Below are positions 10,401 to 20,492 of a stretch of DNA of 20,492 nt, piece by piece (within the stretch, counting starts at the first letter, position 1; every line of letters starts with the position of its first letter). The notes under the pieces were generated by a model. That model was given only the letters and a program-made list of their open reading frames with translations, had not been told where the DNA came from and searched no databases. The stretch comes from Utricularia gibba. Lineage: Eukaryota; Plantae; Magnoliophyta. The stretch lies in assembly GCA_002189035.1 (NCBI GenBank), contig NEEC01000393.1:1-20492 (forward strand), given 5' to 3'. A program made the position numbers and the translations under genes.

Positions 10401-13400
10401 AGCTGACTTTGTCCCCCAAGCCCGACCCGAATTCCGGCCCGATCTCGGTGACCCACAAAAGCGCCTTCTCAAGTGTATAGCATGCTGTTGAAAAAAGCAT
10501 TTGGGGTGGTCATGAGATCCTCACTTCAATAAAGGTATCACGATTTTCGTCGAATGGGACCTTATTGTGCTGTGAAGTCAGACCGAACCTTGGGTCCGGA
10601 CGAAGTTCCCAAACAGCACCGCCAAAAAACGACAACTTTTCCTTGAAAAAGCATGTAGGCAGCCGCCGAAAACCCAACGTTAATAAATGCATCACTTTTT
10701 TGGCCGGGCTACAAATGACTATGGGCCAGAGCGCGACTCGACCATTTGCTCGATACTAGTGCCAGCCTAGAGCACCTCGTCAAATATAAATCAGGTTGTT
10801 GAGAAAACCATTTGGGGCGCTCATGACATCATAACTTCATTAAATGCATCACGATTTTCATCGAGTAGGACCCGATTGGGCTAAGGAGCCAGACCAAACC
10901 TTGGGCCCTTACAAAGCTGCCAACGACAGCACCCGCCTTAAAACGGCAAGCTGTTGCTTGAAAAACCATGTGGGCAGCCGCCGACAACCCAACGTTAATA
11001 AATGCATCACTTCTTTTGACGGGCTACAGCTGACTTTGTCCCCAAGCCCGACCCGAATTCCGGCCCGATCTCGGTGACCCACAAAAGCGCCTTCTCAAGT
11101 TTAAAGCATGCTGTTGAAAAAAGCATTTGGGGTGGTCATGAGATCCTCACTTCAATAAAGGTATCACGATTTTCGTCGAATGGGACCTTATTGTGCTGTG
11201 AAGTCAGACCGAACCTTGGGTCCGGACGAAGTTCCCAACAACAGCACCCGCCAAAAAACGACAACTTTTCCTTGAAAAGCATGTAGGCAGCCGCCGAAAA
11301 CCCAACGTTAATAAATGCATCACTTTTTTGGCCGGGCTACAAATGACTATGGGCCAGAGCGCGACTCGACCATTTGCTCGATACTAGTGCCAGCCTAGAG
11401 CACCTCGTCAAATATAAATCAGGTTGTTGAGAAAACCATTTGGGGCGCTCATGACATCATAACTTCATTAAATGCATCACGATTTTCATCGAGTAGGACC
11501 CGATTGGGCTAAGGAGCCAGACCAAACCTTGGGCCCTTACAAAGCTGCCAACGACAGCACCCACCTTAAAACGGCAAGCTGTTGCTTGAAAAACCATGTG
11601 GGCAGCCGCCGACAACCCAACGTTAATAAATGCATCACTTCTTTTGACGGGCTACAGCTGACTTTGTCCCCAAGCCCGACCCGAATTCCGGCCCGATCTG
11701 GGTGACCCACAAAAGCGCCTTCTCAAGTGTATAGCATGCTGTTGAAAAAAGCATTTGGGGTGGTCTGAGATCCTCACTTCAATAAAGGTATCACGATTTT
11801 CGTCGAATGGGACCTTATTGTGCTGTGAAGTCAGACCGAACCTTGGGTCCGGACGAAGTTCCCAACAACAGCACCCGCCAAAAAACGACAACTTTTCCTT
11901 GAAAAAGCATGTAGGCAGCCGCCGAAAACCCAACGTTAATAAATGCATCACTTTTTTGGCCGGGCTACAAATGACTATGGGCCAGAGCGCGACTCGACCA
12001 TTTGCTCGATACTAGTGCCAGCCTAGAGCACCTCGTCAAATATAAATCAGGTTGTTGAGAAAACCATTTGGGGCGCTCATGACATCATAACTTCATTAAA
12101 TGCATCACGATTTTCATCGAGTAGGACCCGATTGGGCTAAGGAGCCAGACCAAACCTTGGGCCCTTACAAAGCTGCCAACGACAGCACCCACCTTAAAAC
12201 GGCAAGCTGTTGCTTGAAAACCATGTGGGCAGCCGCCGACAACCCAACGTTAATAAATGCATCACTTCTTTTGACGGGCTACAGCTGACTTTGTCCCCCA
12301 AGCCCGACCCGAATTCCGGCCCGATCTCGGTGACCCACAAAAGCGCCTTCTCAAGTGTAAAGCATGCTGTTGAAAAAAGCATTTGGGGTGGTCATGAGAT
12401 CCTCACTTCAATAAAGGTATCACGATTTTCGTCGAATGGGACCTTATTGTGCTGTGAAGTCAGACCGAACCTTGGGTCCGGACGAAGTTCCCAACAACAG
12501 CACCCGCCAAAAAACGACAACTTTTCCTTGAAAAGCATGTAGGCAGCCGCCGAAAACCCAACGTTAATAAATGCATCACTTTTTTGGCCGGGCTACAAAT
12601 GACTATGGGCCAGAGCGCGACTCGACCATTTGCTCGATACTAGTGCCAGCCTAGAGCACCTCGTCAAATATAAATCAGGTTGTTGAGAAAACCATTTGGG
12701 GCGCTCATGACATCATAACTTCATTAAATGCATCACGATTTTCATCGAGTAGGACCCGATTGGGCTAAGGAGCCAGACCAAACCTTGGGCCCTTACAAAG
12801 CTGCCAACGACAGCACCCCTTAAAACGGCAAGCTGTTGCTTGAAAAACCATGTGGGCAGCCGCCGACAACCCAACGTTAATAAATGCATCACTTCTTTTG
12901 ACGGGCTACAGCTGACTTTGTCCCCAAGCCCGACCCGAATTCCGGCCCGATCTCGGGACCCACAAAAGCGCCTTCTCAAGTGTATAGCATGCTGTTGAAA
13001 AAAGCATTTGGGGTGGTCTTGAGATCCTCACTTCAATAAAGGTATCACGATTTTCGTCGAATGGGACCTTATTGTGCTGTGAAGTCAGACCGAACCTTGG
13101 GTCCGGACGAAGTTCCCAACAACAGCACCCGCCAAAAAACGACAACTTTTCCTTGAAAAAGCATGTAGGCCGCCGAAAACCCAACGTTAATAAATGCATC
13201 ACTTTTTTGGCCGGGCTACAAATGACTATGGGCCAGAGCGCGACTCGACCATTTGCTCGATACTAGTGCCAGCCTAGAGCACCTCGTCAAATATAAATCA
13301 GGTTGTTGAGAAAACCATTTGGGGCGCTCATGACATCATAACTTCATTAAATGCATCACGATTTTCATCGAGTAGGACCCGATTGGGCTAAGGAGCCAGA

Positions 13401-16400
13401 CCAAACCTTGGGCCCTACAAAGCTGCCAACGACAGCACCCGCCTTAAAACGGCAAGCTGTTGCTTGAAAAACCATGTGGGCAGCCGCCGACAACCCAACG
13501 TTAATAAATGCATCACTTCTTTTGACGGGCTACAGCTGACTTTGTCCCCCAAGCCCGACCCGAATTCCGGCCCGATCTGGGTGACCCACAAAAGCGCCTT
13601 CTCAAGTTAAAGCATGCTGTTGAAAAAAGCATTTGGGGTGGTCTTGAGATCCTCACTTCAATAAAGGTATCACGATTTTCGTCGAATGGGACCTTATTGT
13701 GCTGTGAAGTCAGACCGAACCTTGGGTCCGGACGAAGTTCCCAACAACAGCACCCGCCAAAAAACGACAACTTTTCCTTGAAAAAGCATGTAGGCAGCCG
13801 CCGAAAACCCAACGTTAATAAATGCATCACTTTTTTGGCCGGGCTACAAATGACTATGGGCCAGAGCGCGACTCGACCATTTGCTCGATACTAGTGCCAG
13901 CCTAGAGCACTCGTCAAATAAAATCAGGTTGTTGAGAAAACCATTTGGGGCGCTCATGACATCATAACTTCATTAAATGCATCACGATTTTCATCGAGTA
14001 GGACCCGATTGGGCTAAGGAGCCAGACCAAACCTTGGGCCCTTACAAAGCTGCCAACGACAGCACCCACCTTAAAACGGCAAGCTGTTGCTTGAAAAACC
14101 ATGTGGGCAGCCGCCGACAACAACGTTAATAAATGCATCACTTCTTTTGACGGGCTACAGCTGACTTTGTCCCCAAGCCCGACCCGAATTCCGGCCCGAT
14201 CTGGGTGACCCACAAAAGCGCCTTCTCAAGTGTATAGCATGCTGTTGAAAAAAGCATTTGGGGTGGTCATGAGATCCTCACTTCAATAAAGGTATCACGA
14301 TTTTCGTCGAATGGGACCTTATTGTGCTGTGAAGTCAGACCGAACCTTGGGTCCGGACGAAGTTCCCAACAACAGCACCCGCCAAAAAACGACAACTTTT
14401 CCTTGAAAAGCATGTAGGCAGCCGCCGAAAACCCAACGTTAATAAATGCATCACTTTTTTGGCCGGGCTACAAATGACTATGGGCCAGAGCGCGACTCGA
14501 CCATTTGCTCGATACTAGTGCCAGCCTAGAGCACCTCGTCAAATATAAATCAGGTTGTTGAGAAACCATTTGGGGCGCTCATGACATCAACTTCATTAAA
14601 TGCATCACGATTTTCATCGAGTAGGACCCGATTGGGCTAAGGAGCCAGACCAAACCTTGGGCCCTTACAAAGCTGCCCAACGACAGCACCCCTTAAAACG
14701 GCAAGCTGTTGCTTGAAAAACCATGTGGCAGCCGCCGACAACCCAACGTTAATAAATGCATCACTTCTTTTGACGGGCTACAGCTGACTTTGTCCCCCAG
14801 CCGACCCGAATTCCGGCCGATCTCGGTGACCCACAAAAGCGCCTTCTCAAGTGTATAGCATGCTGTTGAAAAAAGCATTTGGGGTGGTCTTGAGATCCTC
14901 ACTTCAATAAAGGTATCACGATTTTCGTCGAATGGGACCTTATTGTGCTGTGAAGTCAGACCGAACCTTGGGTCCGGACGAAGTTCCCAACAACAGCACC
15001 CGCCAAAAAACGACAACTTTTCCTTGAAAAAGCATGTAGGCAGCCGCCGAAAACCCAACGTTAATAAATGCATCACTTTTTTGGCCGGGCTACAAATGAC
15101 TATGGGCCAGAGCGCGACTCGACCATTTGCTCGATACTAGTGCCAGCCTAGAGCACCTCGTCAAATATAAATCAGGTTGTTGAGAAAAACCATTTGGGGC
15201 GCTCATGACATCATAACTTCATTAAATGCATCACGATTTTCATCGAGTAGGACCCGATTGGGCTAAGGAGCCAGACCAAACCTTGGGCCCTTACAAAGCT
15301 GCCAACGACAGCACCCACCTTAAAACGGCAAGCTGTTGCTTGAAAAACCATGTGGGCAGCCGCCGACAACCCAACGTTAATAAATGCATCACTTCTTTTG
15401 ACGGGCTACAGCTGACTTTGTCCCCAGCCGACCCGAATTCCGGCCCGATCTGGGTGACCCACAAAAGCGCCTTCTCAAGTTTAAAGCATGCTGTTGAAAA
15501 AAGCATTTGGGGTGGTCTTGAGATCCTCACTTCAATAAAGGTATCACGATTTTCGTCGAATGGGACCTTATTGTGCTGTGAAGTCAGACCGAACCTTGGG
15601 TCCGGACGAAGTTCCCAACAACAGCACCCGCCAAAAAACGACAACTTTTCCTTGAAAAAGCATGTAGGCAGCCGCCGAAAACCCAACGTTAATAAATGCA
15701 TCACTTTTTTGGCCGGGCTACAAATGACTATGGGCCAGAGCGCGACTCGACCATTTGCTCGATACTAGTGCCAGCCTAGAGCACCTCGTCAAATATAAAT
15801 CAGGTTGTTGAGAAAACCATTTGGGGCGCTCATGACATCATAACTTCATTAAATGCATCACGATTTTCATCGAGTAGGACCCGATTGGGCTAAGGAGCCA
15901 GACCAAACCTTGGGCCCTTACAAAGCTGCCAACGACAGCACCCACCTTAAAACGGCAAGCTGTTGCTTGAAAAACCATGTGGGCAGCCGCCGACAACCCA
16001 ACGTTAATAAATGCATCACTTCTTTTGACGGGCTACAGCTGACTTTGTCCCCCAAGCCCGACCCGAATTCCGGCCCGATCTCGGTGACCCACAAAAGCGC
16101 CTTCTCAAGTGTATAGCATGCTGTTGAAAAAAGCATTTGGGGTGGTGAGATCCTACTTCAATAAAGGTATCACGATTTTCGTCGAATGGGACCTTATTGT
16201 GCTGTGAAGTCAGACCGAACCTTGGGTCCGGACGAAGTTCCCAACAACAGCACCCGCCAAAAAACGACAACTTTTCCTTGAAAAAGCATGTAGGCAGCCG
16301 CCGAAAACCCAACGTTAATAAATGCATCACTTTTTTGGCCGGGCTACAAATGACTATGGGCCAGAGCGCGACTCGACCATTTGCTCGATACTAGTGCCAG

Positions 16401-19400
16401 CCTAGAGCACCTCGTCAAATATAAATCAGGTTGTTGAGAAAACCATTTGGGCGCTCATGACATCCTAACTTCATTAAATGCATCACGATTTTCATCGAGT
16501 AGGACCCGATTGGGCTAAGGAGCCAGACCAAACCTTGGGCCCTTACAAAGCTGCCAACGACAGCACCCACCTTAAAACGGCAAGCTGTTGCTTGAAAAAC
16601 CATGTGGGCAGCCGCCGACAACCCAACGTTAATAAATGCATCACTTCTTTTGACGGGCTACAGCTGACTTTGTCCCCAGCCCGACCCGAATTCCGGCCCG
16701 ATCTGGTGACCCACAAAAGCGCCTTCTCAAGTTTAAAGCATGCTGTTGAAAAAAGCATTTGGGGTGGTCATGAGATCCTCACTTCAATAAAGGTATCACG
16801 ATTTTCGTCGAATGGGACCTTATTGTGCTGTGAAGTCAGACCGAACCTTGGGTCCGGACGAAGTTCCCAACAACAGCACCCGCCAAAAAACGACAACTTT
16901 TCCTTGAAAAAGCATGTAGGCAGCCGCCGAAAACCCAACGTTAATAAATGCATCACTTTTTTGGCCGGGCTACAAATGACTATGGGCCAGAGCGCGACTC
17001 GACCATTTGCTCGATACTAGTGCCAGCCTAGAGCACCTCGTCAAATATAAATCAGGTTGTTGAGAAAACCATTTGGGGCGCTCATGACATCCTAACTTCA
17101 TTAAATGCATCACGATTTTCATCGAGTAGGACCCGATTGGGCTAGGAGCCAGACCAAACCTTGGGCCCTTACAAAGCTGCCAACGACAGCACCCACCTTA
17201 AAACGGCAAGCTGTTGCTTGAAAAACCATGTGGGCAGCCGCCGACAACCCAACGTTAATAAATGCATCACTTCTTTTGACGGGCTACAGCTGACTTTGTC
17301 CCCAAGCCCGACCCGAATTCCGGCCGATCTCGGTGACCCACAAAAGCGCCTTCTCAAGTTTATAAGCATGCTGTTGAAAAAAGCATTTGGGGTGGTCATG
17401 AGATCCTAACTTCAATAAAGGTATCACGATTTTCGTCGAATGGGACCTTATTGTGCTGTGAAGTCAGACCGAACCTTGGGTCCGGACGAAGTTCCCAAAA
17501 AACAGCACCGCCAAAAAACGACAACTTTTCCTTGAAAAAGCATGTAGGCAGCCGCCGAAAACCCAACGTTAATAAATGCATCACTTTTTTGGCCGGGCTA
17601 CAAATGACTATGGGCCAGAGCGCGACTCGACCATTTGCTCGATACTAGTGCCAGCCTAGAGCACCTCGTCAAATATAAATCAGGTTGTTGAGAAAACCAT
17701 TTGGGGCGCTCATGACATCATACTTCATTAAATGCATCACGATTTTCATCGAGTAGGACCCGATTGGGCTAAGGAGCCAGACCAAACCTTGGGCCCTTAC
17801 AAAGCTGCCAACGACAGCACCCACCTTAAAACGGCAAGCTGTTGCTTGAAAAACCATGTGGGCAGCCGCCGACAACCCAACGTTAATAAATGCATCACTT
17901 CTTTTGACGGGCTACAGCTGACTTTGTCCCCAAGCCCGACCCGAATTCCGGCCCGATCTCGGTGACCCACAAAAGCGCCTTCTCAAGTGTATAGCATGCT
18001 GTTGAAAAAAGCATTTGGGGTGGTCATGAGATCCTCAACTTCAATAAAGGTATCACGATTTTCGTCGAATGGGACCTTATTGTGCTGTGAAGTCAGACCG
18101 AACCTTGGGTCCGGACGAAGTTCCCAACAACAGCACCCGCCAAAAAACGACAACTTTTCCTTGAAAAAGCATGTAGGCAGCCGCCGAAAACCCAACGTTA
18201 ATAAATGCATCACTTTTTTGGCCGGGCTACAAATGACTATGGGCCAGAGCGCGACTCGACCATTTGCTCGATACTAGTGCCAGCCTAGAGCACCTCGTCA
18301 AATATAAATCAGGTTGTTGAGAAAACCATTTGGGGCGCTCATGACATCATAACTTCATTAAATGCATCACGATTTTCATCGAGTAGGACCCGATTGGGCT
18401 AAGGAGCCAGACCAAACCTTGGGCCCTTACAAAGCTGCCAACGACAGCACCCGCCTTAAAACGGCAAGCTGTTGCTTGAAAAACCATGTGGGCAGCCGCC
18501 GACAACCCAACGTTAATAAATGCATCACTTCTTTTGACGGGCTACAGCTGACTTTGTCCCCCAAGCCCGACCCGAATTCCGGCCCGATCTCGGTGACCCA
18601 CAAAAGCGCCTTCTCAAGTGTATAGCATGCTGTTGAAAAAAGCATTTGGGGTGGTCTTGAGATCCTCACTTCAATAAAGGTATCACGATTTTCGTCGAAT
18701 GGGACCTTATTGTGCTGTGAAGTCAGACCGAACCTTGGTCCGGACGAAGTTCCCAACAACAGCACCCGCCAAAAAACGACAACTTTTCCTTGAAAAAGCA
18801 TGTAGGCAGCCGCCGAAAACCCAACGTTAATAAATGCATCACTTTTTTGGCCGGGCTACAAATGACTATGGGCCAGAGCGCGACTCGACCATTTGCTCGA
18901 TACTAGTGCCAGCCTAGAGCACCTCGTCAAATATAAATCAGGTTGTTGAGAAAACCATTTGGGCGCTCATGACATCATAACTTCATTAAATGCATCACGA
19001 TTTTCATCGAGTAGGACCCGATTGGGCTAAGGAGCCAGACCAAACCTTGGGCCTTACAAAGCTGCCAACGACAGCACCCGCTTAAAACGGCAAGCTGTTG
19101 CTTGAAAAACCATGTGGGCAGCCGCCGACAACCCAACGTTAATAAATGCATCACTTCTTTTGACGGGCTACAGCTGACTTTGTCCCCCAAGCCGACCCGA
19201 ATTCCGGCCCGATCTCGGTGACCCACAAAAGCGCCTTCTCAAGTTTAAAGCATGCTGTTGAAAAAAGCATTTGGGGTGTCATGAGATCCTAACTTCAATA
19301 AAGGTATCACGATTTTCGTCGAATGGGACCTTATTGTGCTGTGAAGTCAGACCGAACCTTGGGTCCGGACGAAGTTCCCAACAACAGCACCCGCCAAAAA

Positions 19401-20013
19401 AACGACAACTTTTCCTTGAAAAAGCATGTAGGCAGCCGCCGAAAACCCAACGTTAATAAATGCATCACTTTTTGGCCGGGCTACAAATGACTATGGGCCA
19501 GAGCGCGACTCGACCATTTGCTCGATACTAGTGCCAGCCTAGAGCACCTCGTCAAATATAAATCAGGTTGTTGAGAAAACCATTTGGGGCGCTCATGACA
19601 TCCTAACTTCATTAAATGCATCACGATTTTCATCGAGTAGGACCCGATTGGGCTCAGGAGCCAGACCAAACCTTGGGCCCTTACAAAGCTGCCAACGACA
19701 GCACCCTTAAAACGGCAAGCTGTTGCTTGAAAAACCATGTGGGCAGCCGCCGACAACCCAACGTTAATAAATGCATCACTTCTTTTGACGGGCTACAGCT
19801 GACTTTGTCCCCAAGCCCGACGAATTCCGGCCCGATCTCGGTGACCCAAAAAGCGCCTTCTCAAGTTTAAAGCATGCTGTTGAAAAAAGCATTTGGGGTG
19901 GTCATGAGATCCTAACTTCAATAAAGGTATCACGATTTTCGTCGAATGGGACCTTATTGTGCTGTGAAGTCAGACCGAACCTTGGGTCCGGACGAAGTTC
20001 CCAACAACAGCAC

Positions 20014-20492
20014 CCGCCAAAAAACGACAACTTTTCCTTGAAAAAGCATGTAGGCAGCCGCCGAAAACCCAACGTTAATAAATGCATCACTTTTTTGGCC
20101 GGGCTACAAATGACTATGGGCCAGAGCGCGACTCGACCATTTGCTCGATACTAGTGCCAGCCTAGAGCACCTCGTCAAATATAAATCAGGTTGTTGAGAA
20201 AACCATTTGGGGCGCTCATGACATCATAACTTCATTAAATGCATCACGATTTTCATCGAGTAGGACCCGATTGGGCTAAGGAGCCAGACCAAACCTTGGG
20301 CCCTTACAAAGCTGCCAACGACAGCACCCCCTTAAAACGGCAAGCTGTTGCTTGAAAAACCATGTGGGCAGCCGCCGACAACCCAACGTTAATAAATGCA
20401 TCACTTCTTTGACGGGCTACAGCTGACTTTGTCCCCAAGCCCGACCGAATTCCGGCCCGATCTGGTGACCCACAAAAGCGCCTTCTCAAGTT
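20014..20492 (+). repeat. Partial 33rd unit (A, B, C and the start of D), truncated by the window edge
   Basis: It starts with the unit anchor at 20014 and ends in ccttctcaagtt, the first bases of monomer D. Confidence 0.95.

Larger units (their letters stand above)
1..20492. repeat. Tandem satellite array, ~630-bp higher-order repeat unit, ~32.8 copies, single orientation, no interruptions
   Basis: The anchor ccgccaaaaaacgacaac recurs at about 1, 621, 1247, 1874, 2496, 3118, 3744, 4370, 4996, 5619, 6243, 6867, 7496, 8121, 8749, 9369, 9993, 10620, 11248, 11875, 12504, 13129, 13754, 14379, 15000, 15628, 16254, 16880, 17508, 18137, 18766, 19391 and 20014. The mean period is (20014-1)/32 = 625.4 bp. 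The array runs off both ends of the window, with no unique sequence or inversion seen. Confidence 0.99.

Noticed and set aside
193-20489. The many 60-180-aa ORFs in the track as protein-coding genes
   Set aside because: They are the same few frames of the repeat. Their starts and ends shift with single-base indels, they overlap on both strands, and I recognise no domain or coding bias.
1-20492. CRISPR array (short conserved boxes separated by variable sequence)
   Set aside because: The intervening sequences repeat every 630 bp rather than being unique spacers, the period is far too long, and no cas genes are present.
1-20492. Rolling-circle or concatemer read of a single 630-bp circle (plasmid, eccDNA, viroid-like element)
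   Set aside because: One template would give identical copies with scattered errors. Here the same biallelic substitutions recur in different combinations, and several minor alleles match the sister monomer. No rep gene or ribozyme was recognised. It is not fully excluded without the raw data.
1-20492. A strict short super-period (2x, 3x or more of the 630-bp unit)
   Set aside because: The order of alleles at S1-S7 across the 33 units shows no regular short cycle.

Overview
The whole 20,492-bp window is one uninterrupted head-to-tail tandem array of non-coding satellite DNA. It holds 32 complete copies plus a partial 33rd copy of a 629-630-bp consensus unit (~49% GC by hand count; observed units 620-629 bp). 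Each unit is a higher-order repeat of four diverged 156-158-bp monomers (A-B-C-D). A~C (~75%) and B~D (~77%) are closer than neighbouring monomers, giving a ~157 -> ~315 -> ~630 bp hierarchy. The units are nearly identical to each other apart from about eight recurrent variable positions and many small deletions that look like long-read or consensus artefacts. I found no credible gene, RNA gene, CRISPR array, mobile element or unique sequence; the ORF track is the same few frames of the repeat recurring. The most likely source is eukaryotic heterochromatin (centromeric, pericentromeric or subtelomeric), but I do not recognise the family or organism. I see no evidence of a new protein-coding system. 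The interest lies in the repeat architecture, the variant pattern and the assembly-quality signal. All counts were made by hand and should be confirmed computationally.
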